Both the position numbers and the translations under genes were made by a program. Positions 37,235 to 46,520 of a stretch of 64,000 nucleotides of DNA are shown piece after piece. The notes under the pieces were generated by a model, which made no database searches, had not been told where the DNA came from, and worked only from the letters and a program-made list of their open reading frames with translations. Every line of letters starts with the position of its first letter. Position 1 is the stretch's first letter. Source of the DNA: a virus (Duplodnaviria > Caudoviricetes); the IMG/VR virus record IMGVR_UViG_2639762835_000002. One strand, 5' to 3'.

Positions 37235-37750
37235 CTATGCGCCGAGGGCTGCGCGGGCCATATCGGCAGCACACGCAAGACCAGGGACGGCGTGAAAGCG
37301 GTCTTCGACTTCGGTTGCCAGCAGCACAAGGTGCTCGATGCCAGCCCACAAGCCGCCGACTACGGTGTTTCTGTTGGATTTGGTGACGCGGTCACCGGCG
37401 AGGATGGTGGTTGCCTGGGCGGTGACGCCCATGATCTGGGCGCCTGCATTGAGCGACCGCATGGCTCGGGCCTCTGGGGCGCTGGCTGTGCCGGCAGGGA
37501 GACGAACGGCAGTCAGGCCGCAATCAAACAGCAGGCCATCAAACAGGGTGTCGTTGCCGGTGGCGTGGTAGAGGGCGATCAAGTCTTGGGCAGTCAGGTT
37601 GTGCCGTTCACACGCCGGGTTGAACTTGTTGTGCAGCACATGGCTAGACATGCCGATGTCTTCCGCCAGCTGGCTGATGTTGTGCGCCTGTTTGAACAAG
37701 TCGCAGGCCACGGCAAAATGGCTGTGTGAGTGAGTGCGTTGGTTTGACAC
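37235..37750 (-). CDS. cII: Phage 186 CII-like regulator
   Basis: AC..F...HNI..LA...GM...VL.NK.NP....HNLT. Confidence 0.8.
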   Translation of the reverse strand: MSNQRTHSHSHFAVACDLFKQAHNISQLAEDIGMSSHVLHNKFNPACERHNLTAQDLIALYHATGNDTLFDGLLFDCGLTAVRLPAGTASAPEARAMRSLNAGAQIMGVTAQATTILAGDRVTKSNRNTVVGGLWAGIEHLVLLATEVEDRFHAVPGLACAADMARAALGA

Positions 37751-37783
37751 TTTATCCCCTTGTGCTCAATCGCTACCGTTAGG

Positions 37784-38197
37784 TCAGGCAGCGGCACGTT
37801 GCGCTGACTTTTTGGTAGCGGCTTTGGCTACGCGGTGACTGGAGTTCTCATGCACAAACTTGAAGTAGTTCGATGGCTCCTTGGTCATTTCGCGCCAGCG
37901 CTGCAGGTTGACCCACGGCTTGTCGCCAGCGCGCAGCTTGGGAACGATGGGCAAACGGCCATCGCTGATCATGTCTTGCGCAGTGCGCAGGGGGAGGTCG
38001 AACTTGAGTTCGTCCCGCAGCATGGTGAGGAAGGCGTCCAGCGGGATGGCTGGCAGCATGGAGAGCGAAAGGCTCTGTTTGATGGTTGCCAGTTGGCGCA
38101 GCACTTCAGCCAGCGGGTCAACTTGCGGTTGAGCGTTGTCACCTAAGGGTGCGTCTTGCGCCCCATTAGGCTGTTTTTTGGTATCACGTTGCGCCAT
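37784..38197 (-). CDS. Cox/Apl-like excisionase-repressor
   Basis: First early gene, divergent from cI; TAQDMISDGRLPI..PWVNL. Confidence 0.6.
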   Translation of the reverse strand: MAQRDTKKQPNGAQDAPLGDNAQPQVDPLAEVLRQLATIKQSLSLSMLPAIPLDAFLTMLRDELKFDLPLRTAQDMISDGRLPIVPKLRAGDKPWVNLQRWREMTKEPSNYFKFVHENSSHRVAKAATKKSAQRAAA

Positions 38198-38351
38198 ACT
38201 GCGTCCTTATCTCTCTTTTTATTACCTTTCAATGCGTTGAAACTCTTGATTTGCGATCTGTAGGTTTCAACGGGACTTGTGGGGTGAGAATATACGGCTG
38301 CGCGACATTGCGCAACCGAAAGATCTCGAAACGACCTGAGGCTTTTGTTTT
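38198..38351. promoter_or_regulatory. Lysis-lysogeny switch region
   Basis: Minus-strand TTGCGC-N17-TATTCT promoter candidate; palindrome TTTCAA-TGCG-TTGAAA at 38227-38242; motif at 38299-38316. Confidence 0.6.
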
Positions 38352-39104
38352 ATGGAGATACTTAACGGGACTGCGTTTGACATGAAAGGGTTTGCGAAGC
38401 GAATGGAAGCTCTGATAGGCAGAGAGAGCTATAAGTCGTTTGCGCGCAGGGTAGGGGTCAGTGATGCGGTTTTACGCAAGTATGTGACTGGCGAAACTAT
38501 GCCTTCTGTTGGCCAGGTTTCTCAAATCTGTGGCCACGAGCCTCGGCTGTTTCTGTGGCTCTGCCTGGGTCTAGGTGAACAACCTGAACAGGTGACCGTG
38601 CTTCCTGAAGTCCCGCTCTATGCCCGGCCTGGTCATCAAGAAGAGCTCTCCGTTGGCGAAGCGTCAGCCAGCATCGACAACAGGATGCAGGATTACACCC
38701 TGGTCGACTGCTATCAGGTGTTTGCCTCTGCCGGGTTTGGGGCGACCGTCTCCGACGAACTGAAAACCGATCCCATGGCGTTTCGCACTGACTGGCTCAA
38801 GAAAGAGGGGCTGGCACCGGAACGGCTGGCGGTCATCCGTGCCAAGGGCGACAGTATGGAGCCCACCATCAGTAACAACGACATCATCCTGGTGAGCCTG
38901 TGCAACGGCGAAGCCCTGCGCGATGGCCTCTATGTGCTGCGCATCGGAGACAGCCTGCTGGTCAAACGCCTGCAATTCGATGTACTCGGCGGGATCAAAG
39001 TCATTTCAGATAATCCCGGCTATGAAACCCAGGTGGTGACTAAGGACCAGCGGGCCGATGTGCATATCGTTGGCCGCGTGGCGTGGGCAGGTAAGAAGTT
39101 TTAA
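38352..39104 (+). CDS. cI: CI-like repressor (HTH + S24 peptidase)
   Basis: FARRVGVS..LRKY HTH; ASAGFG cleavage site, GDSMEP, VKRL. Confidence 0.9.
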   Translation: MEILNGTAFDMKGFAKRMEALIGRESYKSFARRVGVSDAVLRKYVTGETMPSVGQVSQICGHEPRLFLWLCLGLGEQPEQVTVLPEVPLYARPGHQEELSVGEASASIDNRMQDYTLVDCYQVFASAGFGATVSDELKTDPMAFRTDWLKKEGLAPERLAVIRAKGDSMEPTISNNDIILVSLCNGEALRDGLYVLRIGDSLLVKRLQFDVLGGIKVISDNPGYETQVVTKDQRADVHIVGRVAWAGKKF

Positions 39105-39110
39105 TGCATT

Positions 39111-39569
39111 ATGACGATAGCCAGAACAGCAGCTGCATATCGTGGGTGGTGTGAAGATAATCAGAAGATCAAGGCGACTTTTATGTCAAAAAACATGATG
39201 TCAGATGCACTCAAGATTCGATTTGAAAAGATAACTCCTAAGGTTATCGCCGAGTACTTCTCTGATAAGGGGTTCAAACCTAAATGCTCGCAATGTGGAG
39301 CAACGAATTATGTTGCAACAACATACGAGTCTTCAGACACTGGGGTCGATGGCAGACACCATAGAATACTTGAAGCTTTTGAATGGGGTGGCGTAAACAC
39401 AGAACCGCCAACTCAGCTTAAAGTCTATCCATTGATTTGCCGGAATTGCGGTACAATTTGGAACATTGATGCCTTTCGCATTCTGGAATGGAAGGAAATC
39501 TCTGACGGGATTGAAGTTGATTCCAACGAGAGTCATGTTCTAGATGAGGATGCAGAAGAACATGAGTAA
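39111..39569 (+). CDS. Zn-ribbon hypothetical protein in the lysogenic operon
   Basis: CSQCG..CRNCG; lower GC. Confidence 0.6.
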   Translation: MTIARTAAAYRGWCEDNQKIKATFMSKNMMSDALKIRFEKITPKVIAEYFSDKGFKPKCSQCGATNYVATTYESSDTGVDGRHHRILEAFEWGGVNTEPPTQLKVYPLICRNCGTIWNIDAFRILEWKEISDGIEVDSNESHVLDEDAEEHE

Positions 39570-40155
39570 TCAAGACGCAATCCCCATTAGTCAGGCACGC
39601 AGGCCGACTATAAGAGCCGTTGATGATATCCCCAACAATGATGGCAATGGTGGTGGAGGAGGAGGAGGAATGCTAGAAGCTCGTGTTGCTCGTCTTGAGT
39701 CTGGTGTTGAGCACATCATGAAGGATATGGTCGACGTCAAAGACTCGGTGAAAGTCCTGATGGCCGATACAACAGATATCAAGATCCGGCTGGAAAAGAT
39801 GGCTGGACGACAGGATCTCTTTGAGTCAAAGCTCGATGCGATGGACAAGAAGATCGATACCAAGCTCGATGCGATGGACAAGAAGTTCGATAGCAAGCTC
39901 GATGCGATGGACAAGAAGTTCGATAGCAAGTTCGAAGCCATGGACAAGAAGTTCGATAGCAAGTTCGAAGCCATGGACAAGAAGTTCGATGCAAAGTTTG
40001 ACACTACAGACAAGAAGTTTGACGGGCTCGACAAGAAATTTGCCACCAAGGAAGACCTTCAAGCTGCGCTGCACAGCCAGACCAAATGGCTAATCGTAAC
40101 CATGCTTGCCCTTGTGGCCGGTGTCATAGGCTTTCTGAAGTTCGTTGGGGTATAA
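39562..40155 (+). CDS. Coiled-coil protein with C-terminal TM anchor (DUF1640/MempromCC-like)
   Basis: 11-aa repeats, ATKEDL motif, C-terminal hydrophobic helix. Confidence 0.7.
   Translation: MSNQDAIPISQARRPTIRAVDDIPNNDGNGGGGGGGMLEARVARLESGVEHIMKDMVDVKDSVKVLMADTTDIKIRLEKMAGRQDLFESKLDAMDKKIDTKLDAMDKKFDSKLDAMDKKFDSKFEAMDKKFDSKFEAMDKKFDAKFDTTDKKFDGLDKKFATKEDLQAALHSQTKWLIVTMLALVAGVIGFLKFVGV
39829..40026 (+). repeat. 33-bp coding tandem repeat, 6 units (the last degenerate)
   Basis: Unit AAG(C/T)TCGA(T/A)GC(G/C)ATGGACAAGAAGTTCGATAGC. Confidence 0.95.
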
Positions 40156-40164
40156 CCCATATTC

Positions 40165-40186
40165 AAAAGGCGCTAGGCGCCTTTTT
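40165..40186 (+). terminator. Terminator between the moron and int
   Basis: AAAAGGCGC-TAG-GCGCCTTTTT. Confidence 0.7.
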
Positions 40187-40212
40187 CATTTCATCTGCTC
40201 CATTAAGCTCTT

Positions 40213-41274
40213 ATGACCGTCCGAAAACTTGATGACGGCAAGCCGTTCCCCTGGCTTGCCGATGTCCGCCCTGGTGGTCGCAGTGGCCCACGCCCACGCA
40301 AGCGGTTTGCCACCAAGGGGGAGGCAACAGCATGGGAGCAGTGGCAGCTTGAGCAGTTCGCTGAGAAGCCATGGCTTGGTGAAGAAGATGAGCCGCTGGT
40401 AGAGCCGCCAGTTGACGCTCGCCGACTGGCCGACCTAGTTGAGCGCTGGTTTGGCCTGCATGGCCAAAGCCTGCGTGATGGAGAGCAGCGCCGATCCAAG
40501 CTGCTGCTGATTTGCGAAAGCCTGGGTAACCCACTGGCCAGCGACTTCACCGGTAATGACTTTGCCAAGTACCGAGAGGCGCGCCTGTCTGGGGCTGTGA
40601 GTGATCGGCGGGCTGCAACGCAGGATGGCAAGGGGGTGAGCGCCTCGACGGTTAACCGTGATCACGCCTATTTACGGGCAGTGTTTAATGAGCTCAAACG
40701 GTTGGGTGAGTGGACGGCAGAAAATCCACTGGCCGGGATGCGGCTTTACCGGGTCACTGAGTCCGAACTGGCGTTTCTGTATCCTGATGAAATCAAGGCG
40801 CTGCTCGATGCCTGCGACTCATCTAGCCACGCTGACCTGGGTACCGTGGTGCGGCTCTGCTTGGCCACTGGGGCGCGGTGGGGTGAGATCCAAGACCTGA
40901 CACAATCGCAAGTGGCACAGAACCGGTTGACGTTTACCCACACCAAGGGTGGCAAACGTCGAACAGTGCCTATCAACCAGGAGCTGATCGACATAATCCC
41001 CAAGCGGCGAGGCAAGCTGTTCAGTGAGTGTTACCACCACTTTGAATCGGCGATAAATCGGGCGGGAATCCAACTACCGGCAGGGCAGAGCACCCACGTT
41101 CTGCGGCACACCTTTGCCAGTCATTTTATGATGAACGGTGGTAACATTTTGGTGTTGCAGAAGATACTCGGGCACTCGACTATTACCATGACGATGCGCT
41201 ATTCGCACTTTGCCCCAGACCACCTTGAGGATGCTTTACGGCTCAATCCACTGACGGTCAACAAACTTCGCTGA
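40213..41274 (+). CDS. int: Tyrosine recombinase (P2/HP1/186-type integrase)
   Basis: ATGARWGE, HVLRHTFASHFMMNGGNILVLQKILGH, MRYSH. Confidence 0.95.
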   Translation: MTVRKLDDGKPFPWLADVRPGGRSGPRPRKRFATKGEATAWEQWQLEQFAEKPWLGEEDEPLVEPPVDARRLADLVERWFGLHGQSLRDGEQRRSKLLLICESLGNPLASDFTGNDFAKYREARLSGAVSDRRAATQDGKGVSASTVNRDHAYLRAVFNELKRLGEWTAENPLAGMRLYRVTESELAFLYPDEIKALLDACDSSSHADLGTVVRLCLATGARWGEIQDLTQSQVAQNRLTFTHTKGGKRRTVPINQELIDIIPKRRGKLFSECYHHFESAINRAGIQLPAGQSTHVLRHTFASHFMMNGGNILVLQKILGHSTITMTMRYSHFAPDHLEDALRLNPLTVNKLR

Positions 41275-41293
41275 TGTCCACATTTTGTCCACG
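41275..41293. promoter_or_regulatory. Integrase arm-type sites (P2-like TGTGGACA)
   Basis: Direct repeats TGTCCACA and TGTCCACG immediately after the int stop. Confidence 0.65.
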
Positions 41294-41386
41294 CGGCCCA
41301 CATAACACCGCGCACTGTTGCATAATGTCGTGCTTGTAAGTTTATGTTTTTACGTAACTTATTGTTTTTAAAGGCTGCCCATAGGC

Positions 41387-41442
41387 ATTTAAAATCCCTC
41401 GCTTTTCGAGGCGTGCCGGTTCGATTCCGGCCTCGGGCACCA
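41387..41442 (+). tRNA. 3' half of tRNA-Leu(TAA) forming the att core (not a complete tRNA)
   Basis: ATTTAAAATCCCTC, long variable arm, GGTTCGATTCC T-loop, CCA end; 5' half absent. Confidence 0.85.
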
Positions 41443-41446
41443 TTAA

Positions 41447-41459
41447 AATCAAAGACTTA
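41447..41459 (+). promoter_or_regulatory. IHF consensus site next to att
   Basis: AATCAAAGACTTA matches WATCAANNNNTTR. Confidence 0.6.
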
Positions 41460-41460
41460 C

Positions 41461-41490
41461 AAAGGCCACTAGCAATAGTGGCCTTTTTGT
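41461..41490 (+). terminator. Terminator after the tRNA fragment
   Basis: AAAGGCCACTA-GCAA-TAGTGGCCTTTTT. Confidence 0.8.
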
Positions 41491-41605
41491 TTTTGGCCAA
41501 ATGGCGACAGAGTTTTCAGTGATTTAGTCGAGTAGACAAGACACCGGTTTGAGAACTGTGTCTGGTAGATCATTATATCTGTACAAGGTAGCCTTGTTTT
41601 AGGGC

Positions 41606-42379
41606 TCAGGATTTCTTGGTTTCTTTGGGAACAAACAGAGTTTTATTTATCTGATCATGGCGCAAGATAGTGGTGCCATCTTCATCCCAGTATGCGCAAT
41701 GGCTAGTATTACAGGCTACTTGGATCATTGGCTTGTCTTTGGTGGCTAATGTCACCTGTGCTTGATGCTTGGCAAAATATCCTTTAGCCATATGCTTTTG
41801 TTCTTCGCCTGCAGTGTCAACGCCTTGGAGAAAGGAAAACAATGCAACGGCACATACAAGAGCCGTGGGTACAGTCAGCACTGCAAATACGCCGTATAGA
41901 ATAGCTATCCATTCAATCCAACTGAGGTATGGGGCTGAATCCTCCTTCGAGGGTCGCTTGCTATCTACCCATAAAGAAACCTTGCTGCACAAATTTGGGA
42001 TTAAAGTTTTTCTCCATAGTGCTTTACGCCATTTGGCTGTCATTGATGCCAGAATGAGAAGAGACAACATTCCTACGATCACGCCCGCAGCAATGAGTAT
42101 CTTGTCCTGAAGCATTCGCACTAGCGAGATGAACCCAAGCAAAATTGACTCATCAGTTGCTAGGGGGAACTGATTGTTGGTAAGACCATATGCTTCTAGA
42201 TAGCCAACATGGTATGCCATACCACATAGATATATTGCAGCAGTCATCAACGGAAGAGCTGCCAGTAAATACTTTAGAAAGGGTAGTAATGAGCGGGGAG
42301 TGTTGGTTGCTCGTATTGATTGGATTTCTGAGCTCTTTGTCTTGTAAGTCAGTATTTTTTGGGCATCAGATTGGGTCAC
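41606..42379 (-). CDS. Multi-TM hypothetical membrane protein (moron)
   Basis: 257 aa, three hydrophobic segments, lower GC. Confidence 0.65.
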   Translation of the reverse strand: MTQSDAQKILTYKTKSSEIQSIRATNTPRSLLPFLKYLLAALPLMTAAIYLCGMAYHVGYLEAYGLTNNQFPLATDESILLGFISLVRMLQDKILIAAGVIVGMLSLLILASMTAKWRKALWRKTLIPNLCSKVSLWVDSKRPSKEDSAPYLSWIEWIAILYGVFAVLTVPTALVCAVALFSFLQGVDTAGEEQKHMAKGYFAKHQAQVTLATKDKPMIQVACNTSHCAYWDEDGTTILRHDQINKTLFVPKETKKS

Positions 42380-42838
42380 GATAGCCTCTCTTACGTGATT
42401 TTGTAAGGTATCGTATGAGTTTCGGATATATTCGACAATCCTCTAATTGGTTCTAGCATGGAAGTTCCATACATGCTGATTGGAAGTCAGTTTGCTGCTC
42501 GAACATCAAAGCTTTTGTTCTTTTCAAAACTTCAGTTATCAGAATGCTATCCATTACTCTTAACTATCTGACATAAAAGCATTTTAGCTGTTCCTTCGTG
42601 GCAAGATGGATCCTTCCCGATAGTTCAAATTCCCACGGAAAGTACGCCCATCCCAATACATTCAACGAGTTACGTTTTCGGCGTCACGAGTCAGAGCCCT
42701 TTCAAACTGTAAAACCCTGCAATTTCTTTCGATCCTTTCAGATCCTCACCTCGCCCGAGATCCTTTATCTGGCGCGGTCTGGGCCTATGGTTTTGCGGTA
42801 ATCCACTTTTGCAAAAAATTATATTGGTGCGGCGTGCA

Positions 42839-42857
42839 GGCGGGAGCGGAAGAGCGC
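42839..42857 (+). other. Putative cos of prophage 2
   Basis: GGCGGGAGCGGAAGAGCGC resembles P2 cos and lies after the last tail gene, as in HP1-type genomes. Confidence 0.4.
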
Positions 42858-43014
42858 GGTTTCCGTGACGTAGACGCGGCGGTGGGCGTCGCCAGCATGC
42901 GCTGGGAGGCTGTGAGCGTGCGCAGGCTTCACGTATGATGCAGCGCTGCCCGATGGCCGCCTCTTCATGCGGCGCCATTCCCTGGCCATGCTCAGGCGCT
43001 GTCAGGCAGATAGA

Positions 43015-43043
43015 AGAAGGCCCCACGGTGTGGGGCCTTCTTT
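43015..43043. terminator. Terminator of the tail operon
   Basis: AAGAAGGCCCCAC-GGT-GTGGGGCCTTCTT. Confidence 0.75.
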
Positions 43044-43053
43044 GCTTGGTGGC

Positions 43054-44663
43054 TTACTCGATGATGGGGGATAGCTGGCCGGCCAGCTGCTTGGCCTGTT
43101 GGCCATGTCCCGTCATGGCCCCGCTGTTACCGGGGGCTGGCCCACTGCCGTGGGTGTGGCTGGCAGTGGCTGCTGCCAGCTGCTCCACCACGTTCATCAG
43201 CTGTAGCAGCAGCCGGAAGATGTTCACGCCCTCGGTCCCCATCCACGAACGGGGCGCCTCCAGGTGTTGCAGCTCGCCGGCAACCGCCCGGCGCAGCTGG
43301 CCCACCACCTCGACCAGATCCCCCGCCGTGGTCTGGTTCATGTTGCCCAGACTCCCCAGGGTGAGATCATCCCCGGCCAACAGCTCGATGGCGCCCAGCG
43401 CCTCGATGAGCTTGAACCCGCCCACCTCCTCGATGCTGTGTTGTGCCACCTGCAGCTGATACTGGCCATGTTCCCCCTGGTAGTCGTCACTCTGGTGGTG
43501 CATCTGCAGGGCGCGGTCGTGCAGACGCCGGTCGGTGTGGCGGTAGAGGTTGCCCACGGTATCGGTGCGGCTGAACACCTCGGCCCGCTGTTGCTGCAGT
43601 TGCTCGCCTGGGGCGATGTCCGGCAGGGGCCAGCCATTGCCGAGCACGGTGCGGATAAAGGGCCGGTCGGCCCGCCCAAAGGCAAATCCCAGCTCAACCA
43701 GCGTCCCCTCAAGGGGGAACTGCAGCAGGCCTTGCTCCTGCCCGCCGAACTGCACCGGCAGCGGTACAGCCCGATAAAGGGGAGCCGCCTTGTCCGGCTG
43801 GCCATCTTCGCCAAGCAGTTGCACGTCCACCGCATAGCGGGGATGGAACGGGTCATTGAGCTGGCCGGCGCTGGCCTGGTCGCTGATGGCTTCGACCCGC
43901 CCGAACTTGGGCAGGTGCATGCTGTCGGCCAGCTCGGGGAACTCCCCCTCTATCTTGCGCCGCTCTGGCGACTTGGTGGCCTTGCCCGGGGTGGCCGTGG
44001 TCAGGGTCATCTCGTCGCCCTTGAGCCGCACCCGCATCACCCGCTTGCCGTTGATGATGGCCCCGGGGCGGATGGCCGGCACCGGCGACAGCGTGAGGGT
44101 GTCGCCTGCCTGGCGACTCGACCAGGCGGGATCGAGCGTCACCTCTTTGCCTGCCCAGCGGCTGTGGGTGTGGCTGCCCACGTAGATAGCGCCATCAGGT
44201 TGCTGGTACCAGACAAAATCCGCTACTTCGAAGGCGCGGCCGGCGTTGTCGAGCAACTGATAGCCGGTGCCGGCGCTGGTGAAGTTGGGGATAGGTCGGT
44301 GTAATCGGTGCCCTGGGGCAGCAGGAAGGTGAGCCCGCATCGATCGGTTAGCCAGGCTAGCAGACCGCGCAGGGTGGCATGCTGCTGGCTGACCGGTAGC
44401 CGAGAGCCCAAGGCCCCGGCCAGCTCGCGGCACAGCAGCTTGCTGGCACCATTGGCGGCGGGTTGTACGTCGTACACGTAGCCGGTGAACCAGCGGCGCA
44501 GGTCGCCGTTGTAGCCGGTGTCCAGCGTGAAGGTCTGTCCCTTGCGGGCCGTCCCTTCAATGGTGAGGGCCGCGCGGCCGCCGGCGTTGAGATCCAGCAC
44601 CAGGTCGTGGTCTACCAGGTGCAGCGATTGGCCTGCGAGGGTCAGTGACGTCGAGAGTTTCAT
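43054..44663 (-). pseudogene. HP1-type terminal tail gene (baseplate hub/spike-like), frameshifted near 44300
   Basis: N-terminal part MKLSTSLT..TDYTD and C-terminal part PIPNF..ASHTHG..PIIE are in different frames. Confidence 0.75.
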
Positions 44664-45208
44664 GCCAGCATGTCATCCATCGGTTTGAGTACATAGCGCT
44701 CGAAGCCGCTCAGGTCCTGCTCGCCGCTGCCATCAGTCTTTGACCCCGGCTTGGCGGCGCTGGTGTTGGCGGTGCCCTGGCCCACGGTCGGGGTCTTCTT
44801 CGGCAGGCGCTGCTCGCGCTTCTCCGGTACCGAGTTGAACTCCTTCAGGGTGAACTGCACCTGCCAGGCCAGCAGCCCTTCCTGCTCGTTCGCGCTGATG
44901 CGGCCGGCAAACTTCGCCTGGCGCACCTTCACCGACTTGGCCAAGAGCGACCCGACTCGGTAAACGTGGCGCTTGCCGCCGTTGCCCTTGGCGTCAGCCA
45001 GTTCAAACAGCCGGCTCAACATGCGCTCCTCCTTGAACGGGATGAGGCCGGAGATGTCGAGCTCCTTGCCCTTGGCACCCTGTTCGGCGCTGCTGGTCGA
45101 GCTGGTCTGGCCGCTCTGGTCCTTGTCCTGAAACTGCATCGATGCGGACACCCGCATCGACTTCATGATGATGGGCTCGCCATCGAGGGTCAGCATGGCT
45201 TGGCTCAT
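44660..45208 (-). CDS. HP1-type baseplate/tail protein
   Basis: QDKDQSGQTSS..AEQG.K.KEL, WQVQFTL.E; synteny. Confidence 0.7.
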   Translation of the reverse strand: MSQAMLTLDGEPIIMKSMRVSASMQFQDKDQSGQTSSTSSAEQGAKGKELDISGLIPFKEERMLSRLFELADAKGNGGKRHVYRVGSLLAKSVKVRQAKFAGRISANEQEGLLAWQVQFTLKEFNSVPEKREQRLPKKTPTVGQGTANTSAAKPGSKTDGSGEQDLSGFERYVLKPMDDMLA

Positions 45209-46086
45209 GGGGTTAACTCCTGCCAGAAGGTGAGCGGGGAAGGGGAGAGCAGCAGGGCGCCGACCGTCATGCTCATGCTGTGATCCGGGGGCGCGCTTTG
45301 CCCGAGCTGGGTGGCGAGGCTGGCCGCGTCCCCCTGACCCTGCCAGTGCCAGAGCGTGCCTGAGAGGGCCGCCAGCTGGGCCAGTGCCTTGGCCAGTGCA
45401 TCGAGGCGAGCGGCGCGGCCCGTCGCCAGCCCCTGCAGCTTGGCGATCGGGGTCTGGCTATCCCGGGCCAGGCTTTCTAGTTGTGCCAGCTCTGCCCCCA
45501 GCGCCATGCGGGCCGGGCGCAGCGGAGCCCAGAGCAGCGGCTCATCGGCGCGCCAGCGCGGTACCTTGGCCGCCGTGGGCTGGCTCATGGTGTCATTGTT
45601 GGCGCGCAGGCGCCGCAGGGTGGCGCACCACTCAGGCAGTGGCAGCAGGGCACACAGGGCTGCCAACTGCTGGGCCAGGTCATCGGCGCTGTTGCCGGTC
45701 ACCAGCCAGGCGATGGCATGCAGCTGGCCAGAGGGCAGCAAAGGGTCGGCGCCATCCTGCAGCTTGGCGGCCAGGGTGGCCACCGCATTGGGGGCGGCCA
45801 GGCTGAACTGTTGGCCCTGCTGTTGGCCCACCCCGTGCTGATAGGGGGTGACGGTGAGACAGCGGCCGGTCACCAGTAACTGGTCCAGTTCGGCCCGCAG
45901 GCTGGCCAACCCGGCGGCGGCATGGCTTAACGGGTGGCGACGGTACTGAGCCCGCGCCGCCAGCCCCTGCAGGCGTCCCATGGCGTTGCTTTGGCTGGCC
46001 GGGAGTTGGCCCAGCACACCCTGGGCGCGGGTGTGCTGCGTGGCGGTGCTGACGGGCTAGTGCAGCGCCCCTTGTGACCAACTCAC
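45205..46086 (-). pseudogene. HP1-type tail protein with an in-frame amber at codon 10
   Basis: GTG AGT TGG..CAC TAG CCC..; start overlaps the upstream stop (GTGA) and the frame stays open after the TAG at 46059-46057. Confidence 0.65.
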
Positions 46087-46505
46087 TGCGGCGCCTTTGG
46101 CCAGCAGACCTCGGCGGGCCAGCCTTCGCTTTGGGGCAGACGGTAGAGGGTGACCCGGTAGCGCTGCCAGGCGGTGAGTTGCTGGCGTTCTGGTTCACTG
46201 ATGATGCCGAGCTTGTCGGCATCCTCCAGCGGGGCCATGACGGTAGTCGCCTGTTTCAGCTTGTCACTGAGGATGGTCTGCTGTTCGGCCTCGGTCGGCA
46301 GTGGTGGCGGGAGCACCTCAATATCGCCAAACTCACCGAACACTGCTCGGCTATACAGTTCGCGGCCATGCTCTTCCGGATCATCCTTGCGGGCGGTGAA
46401 CTGCACATGTTCGGGGAGGTGACTAAACAGTACATCAAGGGTGACGGACTCGGTATCTCCAGCCAAGTGGCGGGGCCTGCTGGCGTTGAGCATTTCAATT
46501 TTCAT
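46083..46505 (-). CDS. Tail fibre assembly protein
   Basis: FTARKDDPEEHGRELY, PLEDA, WQRYRVTLYRL..WP. Confidence 0.85.
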   Translation of the reverse strand: MKIEMLNASRPRHLAGDTESVTLDVLFSHLPEHVQFTARKDDPEEHGRELYSRAVFGEFGDIEVLPPPLPTEAEQQTILSDKLKQATTVMAPLEDADKLGIISEPERQQLTAWQRYRVTLYRLPQSEGWPAEVCWPKAPQ

Positions 46506-46520
46506 CAATATTTCTCCTCA

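Larger units (their letters stand above)
1..41442. mobile_element. Prophage 1, P2/phiCTX-like, apparently intact; left end lies outside the window
   Basis: Complete P2-order structural gene set, cos, gene A, cI/cox/cII and int, ending at a tRNA 3'-half att. Confidence 0.95.

Noticed and set aside
39829-40026. 33-bp repeats as a CRISPR array
   Set aside because: Units are contiguous with no unique spacers, are in frame within an ORF, and no cas genes are present
41387-41442. Complete tRNA gene
   Set aside because: The 5' acceptor strand and D-arm are missing; it is an att-derived 3' half
46057-46059. Amber recoding (alternative genetic code)
   Set aside because: It is a single in-frame TAG explained by a TGG-to-TAG change, and TAG is used as a normal stop elsewhere (gpE, Q, ogr)
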